A DNA stretch of 64,000 nt from Mobula hypostoma (taxonomy: Eukaryota), in the NCBI RefSeq assembly GCF_963921235.1, contig NC_086118.1, forward strand, positions 2,046,001 to 2,110,000, given 5' to 3'. The notes under the pieces are model-generated. The model was given only the letters and a program-made list of their open reading frames with translations. It was not told the DNA's origin and did not search any database. A program made the position numbers and the translations under genes. Below are positions 48,264 through 61,482 of this stretch, piece after piece (positions within the stretch are counted from its first letter, which is position 1; every line of letters begins with the position of its first letter).

Positions 48264-49875
48264 CAGTTACATGCAAAAGTTTGGGCACCCCTGGTCAAAA
48301 TTTCTGTTACTGTGAATAGCTAAGTGAGTAAAAGGTGACCTGATTTCCAAAAGGCATTAAGTTAAAGATGACACATTTTAATATTTTAAGCAAGAAAACT
48401 TTTTTATTTCCAGCTTTTACAGTTTCAAAATAACGAAAAAGGAAAAGGGCCGGAAGCAATAGTTTGGGCACCCTGAATGGCAGTACTTAGTATCACCTCC
48501 TTTGGCAAGTATCACAGCTTGTTAACGCTTTCCGTAGCCAGCTAAGAGTCTTTCAATTCTTGTTTGGGGGACTTTCGCCTATTCTTCCTTGGAAAAGGCT
48601 TCTAGTTCTGTGAGATTCTTGGGCCGTCTTGCATACACTGCTCTTTTGAGGTCTATCCACAGATTCTCGATGATGTTTAGGTTGGGGGACTGTGAGGGCC
48701 ATGGCCAAACCTTCAGCTTGTGCCTCTTGAGGTAGTCCATTGTCGATTTTGAGGTGTGTCTAGGTTCATTATCCTGTTGTAGAAGCCATCCTCTTTTCAT
48801 CTTCGGTTTTTTTAGAGATGGTGTGATGTTTGCTTCCAGAATTTGCTGGTATTTAATTGAATTCATTCTTCCCTCTACCAGTAAGTGTTCCCCATGACAC
48901 TGGCTGCAGCACAAGCCCAAAGCATGATCGATCCACCGCCGTGCTTAACAGTTGCAGAGGTGTTCTTTTCATGAAATTCTGCACCCTTTTTTCTCCAAAC
49001 ATACCTTTGTTCATTGTGACCAAAAAGTTCTATTTTAACTTCATCAGTCCACAGGACTTGTTGCCAAAATGCATCAGGCTTGTTTAGGTGTTCCTTTGAA
49101 CCTTTTGAATTGAACTTTTTGGCCGCAATGAGCAAAGGTATGTTTGGAGAAAAAAGGGTGCAGAATTTCATGAAAAGAACCCCTCTCCAACTGTTAAGCA
49201 TGGGGGTGGATCGATCATGCTTTGGGCTTGTGTTGCAGCCAGTGGCACAGGGAACATTTACTGGTAGAGGGAAGAATGAATTCAATTAAATACCAGCAAA
49301 TTCTGGAAGCAAACATCACACCGTCTGTAAAAAAGCCGAAGATGAAAAGAGGATGGCTTCTACAACAGGATAATGAACCTAAACACACCTCAAAATCCAC
49401 AATGGACTACCTCAAGAGGCGCAAGCTGAAGGTTTTGCCATGGCCCTCACAGTCCTCCGACTTCAACATAATCGAGTATCTATGGATAGACCTCAAAAGA
49501 GCAGTACCTGCAAGACGGCCCAAGAATCTCACAGAACTAGAAGCCTTTTGCAAGGAAGAATGGGCGAAAATCCCCCAAACAAGAATTGAAAGACTCTTTA
49601 GCTGGCTACAAAAAGCATTTACAAGCTGTGATACTTGCCAAAGGGGGTGTTACAAAGTACTGCCATGCAGGGTGCCCAAAATTTTGCTTCAGGCCCTTTT
49701 CCTTTTTTGTTATTTTGAAACTGTAAAAGATGGAAATAAAGTTTTCTTGCTTAAAATATTAAAATGTGTCATCTTTAACTTTATGCCTTTTGGAAATCAG
49801 GTCATCTTTTACTCATTTAGCTATTCACAGTAACAGAAATTTTGACCACAGTGCCCAAACTTTTGCATGCCACTG
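48264..49875. mobile_element. Fold-back Tc1/mariner element made of two inverted 3' halves (DD34E-type transposase remnants)
   Basis: TA-CAGT...ACTG-TA termini. VKHGGGSIMLW, QQDNEP.H and WPSQSP motifs appear on the minus strand (left half) and the plus strand (right half); junction at ~49100. Confidence 0.92.
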
Positions 49876-50037
49876 TATGTATTCCTCAAAGAGAGATGAT
49901 CAACTATGTCTGGCACCCAGCACCAATACTAAGCAGTTCAGGGCAGTTTTAACAAAGGTTAGAAACTGAATAAAGCTTCCACTGCACTCTAACAGTGCAA
50001 ATCGTGTGTGGATGAAATAGATTGCAACAACATATAT

Positions 50038-51681
50038 GCAGGACCAAAGCTGTACTTTAGGCTGTCTAGTCTATGCTGAGGACCAAAGCTGTACTTTAGG
50101 CTGTCTAGTCTATGCTGAGGATCAAAGCTGTACTTTAGGCTGTCTAGTCTATGCTGAGGACCAAAGCTGTACTTTAGGCTGTCTAGTCTATGCTGAGGAT
50201 CAAAGCTGTACTTTAGGCTGTCTAGTCTATGCTGAGGATCAAAGCTGTACTTTAGGCTGTCTAGTCTATGCTGAGGATCAAAGCTGTACTTTAGGCTGTC
50301 TAGTCTATGCTGAGGACCAAAGCTGTACTTTAGGCTGTCTAGTCTATGCTGAGGATCAAAGCTGTACTTTAGGCTGTCTAGTCTATGCTGAGGACCAAAG
50401 CTGTACTTTAGGCTGTCTAGTCTATGCTGAGGACCAAAGCTGTACTTTAGGCTGTCTAGTCTATGCTGAGGACCAAAGCTGTACTTTAGGCTGTCTAGTC
50501 TATGCTGAGGATCAAAGCTGTACTTTAGGCTGTCTAGTCTATGCTGAGGATCAAAGCTGTACTTTAGGCTGTCTAGTCTATGCTGAGGACCAAAGCTGTA
50601 CTTTAGGCTGTCTAGTCTATGCTGAGGATCAAAGCTGTACTTTAGGCTGTCTAGTCTATGCTGAGGACCAAAGCTGTACTTTAGGCTGTCTAGTCTATGC
50701 TGAGGATCAAAGCTGTACTTTAGGCTGTCTAGTCTATGCTGAGGACCAAAGCTGTACTTTAGGCTGTCTAGTCTATGCTGGGGATCAAAGCTGTACTTTA
50801 GGCTGTCTAGTCTATGCTGAGGACCAAAGCTGTACTTTAGGCTGTCTAGTCTATGCTGAGGATCAAAGCTGTACTTTAGGCAGTCTAGTCTATGCTGAGG
50901 ATCAAAGCTGTACTTTAGGCTGTCTAGTCTATGCTGAGGATCAAAGCTGTACTTTAGGCTGTCTAGTCTATGCTGAGGATCAAAGCTGTACTTTAGGCTG
51001 TCTAGTCTATGCTGAGGACCAAAGCTGTACTTTAGGCTGTCTAGTCTATGCTGAGGATCAAAGCTGTACTTTAGGCTGTCTAGTCTATGCTGAGGATCAA
51101 AGCTGTACTTTAGGCTGTCTAGTCTATGCTGAGGACCAAAGCTGTACTTTAGGCTGTCTAGTCTATGCTGAGGATCAAAGCTGTACTTTAGACTGTCTAG
51201 TCTATGCTGAGGATCAAAGCTGTACTTTAGGCTGTCTAGTCTATGCTGAGGATCAAAGCTGTACTTTAGGCTGTCTAGTCTATGCTGAGGATCAAAGCTG
51301 TACTTTAGGCTGTCTAGTCTATGCTGAGGATCAAAGCTGTACTTTAGGCTGTCTAGTCTATGCTGAGGATCAAAGCTGTACTTTAGGCTGTCTAGTCTAT
51401 GCTGAGGATCAAAGCTGTACTTTAGGCTGTCTAGTCTATGCTGAGGATCAAAGCTGTACTTTAGGCTGTCTAGTCTATGCTGAGGATCAAAGCTGTACTT
51501 TAGGCTGTCTAGTCTATGCTGAGGATCAAAGCTGTACTTTAGGCTGTCTAGTCTATGCTGAGGACCAAAGCTGTACTTTAGGCTGTCTAGTCTATGCTGA
51601 GGATCAAAGCTGTACTTTAGGCTGTCTAGTCTATGCTGAGGACCAAAGCTGTACTTTAGGCTGTCTAGTCTATGCTGAGGA
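50038..51681 (+). repeat. 39-bp minisatellite, ~42 near-identical copies
   Basis: Unit GAGGA(C/T)CAAAGCTGTACTTTAGGCTGTCTAGTCTATGCT. Confidence 0.98.
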
Positions 51682-51789
51682 TTGGGAAGCTCCTGGGGTT
51701 CCTCCCACTCTCCTCCTGCAACTTCAAATGTACTTTCAATCTTTGAAGATTTTATTTCTTGCAAATTAGAAAATGGCTAAAGCTGAAAA

Positions 51790-52720
51790 CATGAGATTCT
51801 GTGGGTGCTGGAAAAACCCAAAATTCTGGAGGAACTCAATAGGTCAGGCAACATCTATGGAGAGGAATAAAGAGTCAGTCTTTTGGGCCAAGACCCTTCA
51901 TCAGGGCTGGTAAGGAAAGGGGAAGATATAGATAGAGTGAATGCAAGCAGGCTTTTTCCACTGAGGCTGGGGGAGAAAAAACCAGAGGACATGGGTTAAG
52001 GGTGAAGGGGGAAAAGTTTAAAGGGAACATTAGAGGGGGCTTCTTCAAGCAGAGTGGCGGGAGTGTGGAATGAGCTGCGAGATGAACTGGTAAATGCGGG
52101 CTCACTTCTAACATATAAGAAAAACTTGGACAGGTACATGGATGGGAGGTGTATGGAGGGATATGGTCCAGGTGTAGGTCAGTGGGACGAGGCAGAAAAA
52201 TGGTTCGGCACAGCCAAGAAGGGCCAAAAGGCCTGTTTCTGTTCTGTAATGTTCTATGGTTCTAAGAAGCCAGAATAAGGAGGAGTACGAGCTGGAATGT
52301 GATGAGTGAAAGGTCAATGGGTGAGGAAGGGGGGGATGAAGTGAGAATTTGGGAGGTGATTGCTGGAAATGGTAAAGGGCTGAAGAAGAGGAGAGTGGGC
52401 CATGGGAGAAAGGGAAGGAGGAGGAGAGCCAAAGGGAGGTGATGGGTAGGTGAGGCAAAGGGAAGGGGTTAGAGGGGAGCCAGCATGGTGAATGGAAAAG
52501 GAGGGAAGAGGGAGTGGGGGCAAGTTATCAAATGTTGGAGAAATTGATGTTGGTGCTGTCAGGTTGGACAGGTTGCTACGCAAACGGCGAGTGGCTTTAT
52601 CGTGGCTTCGGAGGAGCCGTAGATCAACATGTCGGAATGGGAAAGGGGACTGAATATAAAATGGTTGGCGACTGGGAAATCCTCCCTGTTGCGGACAGAG
52701 TGAAGTCTGAAGTTGCCTGC
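51790..52720 (-). mobile_element. Penelope-like 3' fragment interrupted by a plus-strand CR1 3' end (~51928-52262)
   Basis: DFPVANHF...HSDMLIYG (ORF 52559-52936); decayed hammerhead at ~51875-51905. The CR1 piece matches 42392-42730. Confidence 0.75.
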
Positions 52721-53002
52721 GTTCAGAGATATCAAACGTTTCCAGTTGAGATGCAACAGAGCTTTTTCTCTGAGGCTTGAAGCTGACCTTTGTTGCCAAA
52801 AGCAAAGTGCATTAATATCCCCAGACTCATAGTGAGGGCAGCTGGTATCTGGGAAGTGGAGCTGAAGGGAACAAATTTCATTAAAAAGTATTTGTTTATG
52901 CTGGTGTGTGTTTGTGCCCTTGTTTAAAGATGGCATTACAAGAATGTCTGTGTCGTGAGCAGTTCTATGGTTGTAACCTCTTGATTGTATGTTTTGCCAC
53001 AG

Positions 53003-53099
53003 GTTGACGTCACTTCCTGAGCAGCCTCCGGCTCTGGATTGGAACTATTATAGGAAAATGATCATAAAACCTGGTATGGTGGATGAGTTTGAAAAGAAG
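53003..53099 (+). CDS. ATP5PD: ATP5PD exon 3 (LTSLPEQPPALDWNYYRKMIIKPGMVDEFEKK)
   Basis: 97 nt, cacag|G ... AAG|gtaagg. Confidence 0.97.
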
Positions 53100-54602
53100 G
53101 TAAGGGGTCCATCCTGCATGATTTTGGAAAGCTGTGTCTTTGAAAAAGCTGGGAAGCACAAAGAATGTCTTCCTGGGAGTTTTATTTTCACTGGAACACA
53201 CTGAGAACGTATTTGAAAGGGAATTGGCTCAGGAGCATTGCACAGTGTAGAGAGTGAGGAAAAGGCATTTGATTTAATAGCTTATGATGATGATGTTGGG
53301 GGGGGGGAACATTAGCCCCACAGGCCTGTGTAAAATATGGAATGCTTTGCGAATTGGTGAGTTTAGTCCTGTATATTAAACCAGTAGATGTAGAATGCTA
53401 ATAATACCTCCAGATAGGATCTCAGCCTCCTTGTCACTGCACAGAACACAGTGCCTTCGGTGCAGTATATTTGCACAACTTCGTGAGAAGGAAACACCCA
53501 TACCTGAGCCTACACCCCAAAGGCAGGCAGTACGTCAGCAATCCAAGCTTCTTGGCTCAGAGATAAATCTTTGGCTGGTATCAGGGAGCAAGAGTCTCTG
53601 CTTAGTTTGCTCCCCTTTAGCAGGAGGTGTCAAGACTGATCACAATACACCAGTCAGTTCAGCTGTGGCGATGTGAACAGGTCAATAGCCTTAACCAGTG
53701 TTGATGCAGTGGTATGTTCTGTTCATGAGACAATTACTCTACAGAGCTGGATAGGCTCTGAACGAAGATATGAGGGGAAGGCAAGGACCACTGATTTTCC
53801 AGTTGTAATGCAACACAACTGGAGGAGCCTGACTAGACACTTCCTATTGCCTGCTTCCACCACTCTCCTGGAGAGGCAAAGGAAGGGAGAGTCGATGTTA
53901 AAAGAAATGGAAACAAAATCCAGCTGTTTCTTCTCTAACACCCACCATCACAACTAGACCAGAAGATCTTTGCAGATCATGTGTTAAATGTAAATTCATA
54001 TCAGCTACTTAATGTGATCTTGCCACAAGCAAGGAGCTGAGGTCCACAACCATTCGTAGAATCAACATCAACCACGTTGGTCAGCAGCCATTCACTGCTC
54101 CATTTAGCTGTGTTTAAGAGGAATGTAGACCTTGAATAGGCAGTGGTTCAAATGATGATGACGAGGTGGAGGAGTGATGTGCTGGCACGGTGGGATTGAC
54201 AGACCTGTTTTTGTGATGCAGCTTCAAGATAGGGGGAAATATTCCTGTTCTTGAGGGGTCTGAGTGCATATGCACCAGCAAGTCCCAGTGCATTCCAAAT
54301 CTCTGACCTGAATACGGGTGCTCCCCAGGACATGACAGGGTTCCATTCCTGAGAACTGTTTGTAATGTGAACAGCAAGTTGGAAATGCAGCCAAACAGCG
54401 ACATATTTATATAAAAACATAGGTCAATGTAACAGCCATTCAGAGGTGGCTGCGAATTGAATGCCCGTGATTCATTTGGTAATCATAATTCCAGCTGAAG
54501 AAGGTGAATGGGTTGCAGGGACATCTGTGACTAAAGGATTGTTGTTTAACTTTCTTTTTCTCTCTCTCTCTTTCCTCTTACCTTCCCTCCCATTTATAAC
54601 AG

Positions 54603-54674
54603 TACAATGCTTTAAAGATTCCAGAGCCCGTCAACACACAGACTGGGAAAATTAATGCTCAGGAGGAAGAGGCT
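54603..54674 (+). CDS. ATP5PD: ATP5PD exon 4 (YNALKIPEPVNTQTGKINAQEEEA)
   Basis: 72 nt; long polypyrimidine tract, ag|TAC ... GCT|gtgagt. Confidence 0.95.
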
Positions 54675-54777
54675 GTGAGTAACACTTTCAGTACTGACTG
54701 ATCACGTTGAAGGATTAAATGTGCACCTTTAACGCACTAGGTTAACATTTAGGTAACTGCTGCCTTCTGTTCTATAG

Positions 54778-54840
54778 AAAAAGAGCGCTGAGGAATACTG
54801 TCAGGCTTCAAAGGAGCGGATTTCCAAATATGAACAGGAG
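54778..54840 (+). CDS. ATP5PD: ATP5PD exon 5 (KKSAEEYCQASKERISKYEQE)
   Basis: 63 nt, ctatag|AAA ... GAG|gtaatg. Confidence 0.94.
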
Positions 54841-55420
54841 GTAATGCAATTCTGTGTGTAATTCTCCAGCGACTACTCATTATGATCCTTCAGAATTTTT
54901 CCCAGAAGGGGCTGCTTCACTGGCACATAGGGTACAATTCACCGGCAGTCAAAAGCCTACAGATGCTGCAAATCTGACATAAAGTAATACGTGCTGGAAC
55001 TCTTTAGCTGAGTAGGTGGTGTATGTGGAGCAAGTGAAATCTTCTGTCGTTGACATTCCATTAGGGCCCAGTAAGCAATGCCTGTCTGAATCAGGATTAC
55101 CTCTCTGCTGTTAATATCCAGCAGTCTGTAATTTACAACTTTGTGGCATTGTCGGTGGTACCCAGCTGGAGGAGTGTGGATGGGTGAAAGAGGGGAAAGA
55201 GGCTGGGTGATAAGGGGCTTGGGTGGAGTGTGTGTGTGAGAGGTGGTGGATCAGATGGAGAGAGAGAAAGAAAAGAGACAAAATGAAGAGTTTATCTTCA
55301 ATGTCAGAATTCAGTATTAGAGAATTCCACTCTCCATGGGTTGGATTTTTCATGGGATAGACCTCTAATTTCAGATTATTGCCTGCTGTAAAATGCATGT
55401 CTTCTCATGTTCCGTTTCAG

Positions 55421-55552
55421 CTCGCAAGCTTCAAAAGTATGGTTCCATTTGACCAGATGACCATTGATGATCTGAACCAAGCTTTTCCTGAAACCAAGCT
55501 GGACATGGAGAAGTATCCCTACTGGCCTCACAAGCCCATCAACGAGCTGTAA
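55421..55552 (+). CDS. ATP5PD: ATP5PD exon 6 (LASFKSMVPFDQMTIDDLNQAFPETKLDMEKYPYWPHKPINEL*); total 161 aa
   Basis: PFDQMT..DL..AFPETKLD..KYPYWPH signature; exon sum 486 nt. Confidence 0.97.
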   Translation, partial: LASFKSMVPFDQMTIDDLNQAFPETKLDMEKYPYWPHKPINEL

Positions 55553-55590
55553 CTGTCCCTGTGCTGGCTGCAGATGTAACTCTATTTTAA

Positions 55591-55596
55591 AATAAA
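55591..55596 (+). terminator. ATP5PD: ATP5PD poly(A) signal
   Basis: AATAAA 39 nt after the stop, with GT-rich sequence downstream. Confidence 0.8.
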
Positions 55597-55998
55597 GCAT
55601 TGTTCAGTGTTGAGTGAGTGCTCCTATTCCACCTCACAGTGTGTCACCATCTGCAATGGTCTTCACCTAAGCAAAATATTACGAGGGCAGGTTGCTTCAT
55701 TCTTCAGTTTTCTCATGTTTCTATTTTGTGATTTCAAGGAAAAGGGATTTGTCAGTGATGTGGTTGTGACAATTATGCTAATCTTAAATTATGGTATCTT
55801 GCTGTGCTCAATTCCTGTTACACTTGTAGAAATGATCAAACTTCAAATGGATATAATTGGCTGTGGAAAAACTTTGAAATGTCCTGAGTATTGAAAGGTT
55901 TCTCCTTTTTCTCATTCCCTTACAGTATAGGAGAACATTTGGCCTGTCAATATTTGCTGGCTTACAGATTTACCATTATCCTATTCCCTGCTTACTTT

Positions 55999-58497
55999 TA
56001 GAAACATAGAAAACCTACAGCACAATTCAGGCCCTTTGACCCACAACACTGCCTAAGGAAGTAGCCCAAGAAATAGTGGATGCATTAGTGATAATTTTTC
56101 AAAACTCGTTAGATTCTGGATGCATTAGTGATAATTTTTCAAAACTCGTTAGATTCTGGACTAGTTCCTGAGGATTGGAGGGTGGCTAATGTAACCCCAC
56201 TTTTTAAAAAAGGAAGGACAGAGAAACCGGGGAATTATAGACCGGTTAGCCTAATGTCGGTGGTGGGGAAACTGCTGGAGTCAGTTATCAAGGATGTGAT
56301 AACAGCACATTTGGAAAGCGGTGAAATGGTCGGACAAAGTCAGCATGGATTTGTGAAAGGAAAATCATGTCTGATGAATCTCATAGAATTTTTTGAGGAT
56401 GTAACTAGTAGAGTGGACAGGGGAGAACCAGTGGATGTGGTATATTTGGATTTTCAAAAGGCTTTTGACAAGGTCCCACACAGAAGATTAGTGTGCAAAC
56501 TTAAAGCACACGGTATTGGGGGTAAGGTATTGGTGTGGGTGGAGAATTGGTTAGCAGAGAGTGGGAATAAACGGGACCTTTTCAGAATGGCAGGCGGTGA
56601 CTAGTGGGGTACCGCAAGGCTCAGTGCTGGGACCCCAGTTGTTTACAATATATATTAATGACTTGGATGAGGGAATTAAATGCAGCATCTCCAAGTTTGC
56701 GGATGACACGAAGCTGGGCGGCAGTGTTAGCTGTGAGGAGGATGCTAAGAGGATGTAGGGTGACTTGGATAGGTTGGGTGAGTGGGCAAATTCATGGCAG
56801 ATGCAATTTAATGTGGATAAATGTGAAGTTATCCACTTTGGTGGCAAAAATAGGAAAACAGATTATTATCTGAATGGTGGCTGATTAGGAAAAGGGGAGG
56901 TGCAACGAGACCTGGGTGTCATTATACACCAATCATTGAAAGTGGGCATGCAGGTACAGCAGGCAGTGAAAAAGGCGAATGGTATGCTGGCATTTATAGC
57001 GAGAGGATTCGAGTACAGGAGCAGGGAGGTACTACTGCAGTTGTACAAGGCCTTGGTGAAACCACACCAGGAGTGTTGTGTGCAGTTTTGGTCCCCTAAT
57101 CTGAGGAAAGACATCTTTGCCATAGAGGGAGTACAAAGAAGGTTCACCAGATTGATTCCTGGGATGGCAGGACTTTCATATGAAGAAAGACTGGATGAAC
57201 TGGGCTTGTACTGGTTGGAATTTAGAAGATTGAGGGGGGATCTGATTGAAACGTATAAAATCCTAAAGGGATTGGACAGGCCAGATGCAGGAAGATTGTT
57301 CCCGATGTTGGGGAAGTCCAGAACAAGGGGTCACAGTTTGAAGATAAAGGGGAAGCCTTTTAGGACCGAGATTGGGAAAAACTTCTTCACACAGAGAGTG
57401 GTGAATCTGTGGAATTCTCTGCCACAGGAAACAGTTGAGGCCAGTTCATTGGCTATATTTAAGAGGGAGTTAGATATGGCCCTTGTGGCTTCAGGGATCA
57501 GGGGATATGGAGGGAAGGCTGGGGCAGGGCTCTGAGTTGGATGATCAGCCATGATCATACTGAATGGCGGTGCAGGCTCGAAGGGCCGAATGGCCTACTC
57601 CTGCACCTATTTTCTATGTTTCTATGTCCTTACCTTAGAAGTTACCTGGGGTTGCCTATAGCCGTCTATTTTTCTAAGCTCCACGTACCTATCCAGGAGT
57701 CTCTTAAAAGACCCTATTGTACTTGCCTCCACCACAGTCGCCGGCAGCCCATTCTATACACTCACCACTCTCTGTGTAAAAAAAAAACTTACCCCTGACA
57801 TTCCCTTTGTACCTACTTCCAAGCACCTTAAGACTGTGCCCTCTCGTGTTAGCCATTTCGGCCATGGGAAAAAGACTCTGAGTATCCACGATCAATGCCT
57901 CTCATCATCTTATAAACCTCCATCAAGTAACCTCTCATCCTCTGTCACTCCAAGGAGAATAGGCCACGTTCACTCAACCTACTCTCGTAAGGCAAGCTCT
58001 CCAATCCAGGCAACATCCTTGTAAATCTCCTCTGCACCTTTTCTATAGTTTACACATCCTTCCTGTAGTGAGGTGACCAGAATTGAGCACAGTACTCAAG
58101 TAGGGTCTGACCAGGGTCCTATACAGCTGTAAGATTACATCTTACCTCTTGAACTCAGTCCCACGGTTGATGAAGGCCAATGCACCGTATGCCTTCTTAA
58201 CTACACAGCCAACCTGCGCCAACAGCTTTGAGTCTCCTATTTGACCTACCAAAATGAACCACCTCACACTTATCTGGGTTGAACTCCATCTGCCACTTCT
58301 CAGCCCAGTTCTGTATCCTGTCAATGTCCCATTGTATCCTCTGACAGCCCTCCACACTATCCACAACACCCCCAACCTTTGTGTCATCAGCAAACTTACT
58401 AGCCCACCCTTCTACTTCTTCATCTAGGTCATTTATAAAAATGACAGAGAGAAAGGGTCCCAGAACAGATTACTGAGGCACACCACTAGTCACCAAA
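55999..58497 (-). mobile_element. CR1 3' fragment on the minus strand, split by a plus-strand CR1
   Basis: Tail tagaaacatagaaaacc at ~55999 resumes at ~57627; RT remnants extend to ~58497. Confidence 0.85.
56053..57626 (+). mobile_element. Young CR1 RT/3' fragment, with a ~40-bp tandem duplication near its 5' end
   Basis: [31 protein letters not shown], ...NLWNSLPQETVEA; (ttctatgt) tail. Confidence 0.92.
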
Positions 58498-59329
58498 CTA
58501 TTTTGCAGCTATTTTTGTCCCACAAATCAAACATTTCCCCCCCAGCAACCTGGAGATATTTAAATAGTCATCTACCAGCAGATCTGTGGGATATGGGAGG
58601 AAATCAGAGAACTCTGAGAAACCCACACAGTAACAAGAAAAACATGCAAACCACACAGACAGCACCAGAGACCAGGAGCAAACCGGGTCACGAACTGCGG
58701 CAGCTGCACTAACTGCGTCAGCTCATTTGTGTCTTTGGGTGATGGCTGTCCATAAAAAGGTTATAGAATATACAGTGAAATACTACTTGCACAGTGCATA
58801 TTTCCAGAGGCAGAGACCACTCTGCTTATGTTTGGAACATGCGTACTCGTAATCAAATTTATTGAAAATGTCTCAAAATAATCTCAAATGGGTATGTGCT
58901 GGAGCATTGAAGATTGCATGATCTGAAAAGTAAGTTGTGATTGCAAGATGGAGCCTTGCAGGTTTTCCTGTCCTTGATCTTGGAAATTTTCAATGGCAGC
59001 AAGAGCCTGAGCCAGGCATTGGTTGAGTTGATCCAGTAAGTCTGTTCTTTCTAGAAGGATGAAGTTGCTGAAAACAATGGGCCCCTGGCTCAGTAGTACT
59101 TGGCTGTGATGGGCCTAGAACTGCTACAATGTCGGAGTTCGCAAGAAGGGACACTCGCTTACAAGTAGCAGAAAGAGGTAGGTAAGTGGCAAGTCACCTT
59201 GCTGCTTAACATGAATTACAATATTCTGCCCAAGATCAGTATTGAATCAGATGAGTGCCTTAACTGTAAGATGATCGCTGAGAGTCTTGTACTACTCAGA
59301 TGCAATAGATCATGGGTACCATTGGAAAT

Positions 59330-59922
59330 CATTTGAGTTCAAGAGCCGTGAGGTAATGTTACAGCTGTGTAAGTCCTTAGACTCCACTTGGAGTACTGTG
59401 TTCAGTTCTGGTCACCTCATTACAGGAAGGATGTGGAAGCTATAGGAAGGGTGCAGAGGAGATTTACAAGGAAGTTGCCTGAATTGGGGAGCATGCCTTA
59501 TGAGAATAGGTTGACTGAACTCGGCCTTTTCTCCTTGGAGTGACGGAGGGTGAGAGGTGACCTGATAGAGGTGTATAAGATGATGAGAGGCATTGATCGT
59601 GTGGATAGTCAGAGGGTTTTTCCCAGGGCTGAAATGGCTAGCACGAGGGGGCATAGTTTTAAGGTGCTTGGAAGTAGGTACAAGGGGGATATCAGAGGTA
59701 AGTTTTCCACACACACTGGTGGGTGCATGGAATGCACTGCCAGAGAAGGTGGTGGAGGCAGGTACAATAGGGCCTTTTAAGAGACTCTCAGGTACATGGA
59801 GCTTAGAAAAATAGAGGACTATGCGGTAGGTAAGTTCCAGGCAGTTTCTAGAGTAGGTTACGTAGTTGTCACAACATCGTGGGCCGAAGGGCCTGTAATG
59901 TTCTGTAGATTTCTGTGTTTCA
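59330..59922 (+). mobile_element. CR1 3' fragment
   Basis: RGDLIEVYKMMRGIDRVDSQ. Confidence 0.85.
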
Positions 59923-59984
59923 TGTCAGTAAGAATGACCAAAGAACTGGGATAAAGTCTGACCACCATGTGTATCCTAGCCTAC

Positions 59985-60455
59985 CAACACAAAATGCTGG
60001 AGGAACTCTGCAGGTCAGGCAGCATCCATGAAAGGGAATAAACAGTCAATGTTTCTGGCCAAGACTCTTCATCAGGACTGGAAAGGAAGAGGGAAGCCAG
60101 AATAAGAAGGTGGGAAAAGGGGAAGGAATACAAGCCGGCAAGTGATAGGTGAAGCCAGATGAGGGGGAAGGCAGCTGGGTGGGGGGGGGCATGAAGTCGG
60201 AAACAGGAGGTAGAGGGCTGATAGGAGAGGACTGTGGAAAATAGGAGAAAGGGAAGGAGGAGGGGCATCAGGGAGGTAATGAGCAGGGGTAAGAGGGAAG
60301 CTAGAATGGGGAATAGTTAAAAGAGAGAAGGTGAATGGGGAGAAATTACCAGAAGTTAGAGAAATCAATATGCTATTCAGTTGGATGCTACCATGACCGG
60401 ACGAGGTGTTTCTGCACAGCCTGATAATGGCCTCATTGTGGCAGGAGAGGAGGCC
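59985..60455 (-). mobile_element. Penelope-like pseudo-LTR/3' fragment
   Basis: Reverse complement at ~60040-60080 reads CCTGATGAAGAGTCTTGGCCAGAAACATTGACT (degenerate hammerhead); purine-rich tract. Confidence 0.7.
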
Positions 60456-61482
60456 TTGATAGCTGGGAATACCAAAGAATCAAGATTTGAGTGACAATGA
60501 CAAATTGAAGGGAGTTACATAAGTTTATAAACTACTAGAGAAGTTGATTAAAATTTGATAAATCCCTAGGATTTGATCTGTAACCCAGTGTTTTGATAGA
60601 GATGGCTGTGTGCACTTACCATTTTTCAGAGTTCTACAGATTCTGGAATTGTTCCTGTGGATTGGGAGGTGGTAAGATTGCACATCGAGAATTGTGTCCA
60701 AACTTCACATCTAAAGAAGATCAGGCTTGCGACAGAGTGAGTACAGTGCAGATAAACGGATCCCAGGGCTGCTGGGTTTATTCTATGAAGAGCTGGTGAA
60801 AAGACTGGATCTATAATTCTCTAAAATTCAGACAAATGAGAGGTGACCTCACTGAAACTAATACTATTTTTGCAAGGTTCAACATGCTTCCATGCTGAAG
60901 AGCCCAGAACTGATGTCACGGTCTCAAACTTTACAATTGATTTAAGGAGCAACTTTCTCATGGGTGTAGCACAGAAAAATAGCAATGAGATGGAAGATCA
61001 ATCACGAATTATACAGACTGAAACAGGGTCCTTGGCCCCACTCTTCCACACTGACCAAGTTCTCGGTATGATATTGATAACAGCAGAGCATGCTCAAAGG
61101 GCAAAATGGTCTACCCCTGTTTCTATTTCTTGTTTCTTCTCCACTTCCCAAAAGACTTCTGAATGTATTGTTTCTCATGCACATCCCCTAAGGTGTCGAA
61201 AGTACATTGCAGCAGCATCCCCTTCAGTCTACAGTTTTGTGCTAATTAATTGATACTAAGCTAATGAAACCTATTTACACTAATCTCATCAGTCTGCACC
61301 TGATCCATATTCTTCCATTCTTTGCACATTTACCTCACTTTAAATGCAAGTACGGTACTAGACTTATCGACCCTGGGTAAAAGATATTGGCTGTCTGCTG
61401 TATCTATGTCTCTCAAGGATTCCTTAATTTTTATTAGATCGGATGTCTGATGTATGCAGATGAAGGGGGGGTGGGTGGTGGG

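Noticed and set aside
49989-51769. 591-aa and 577-aa repeat ORFs on opposite strands; superficially CRISPR-like regular array
   Set aside because: The 39-bp period is a multiple of 3. There are no unique spacers and no cas genes, and it lies in a eukaryotic intron.
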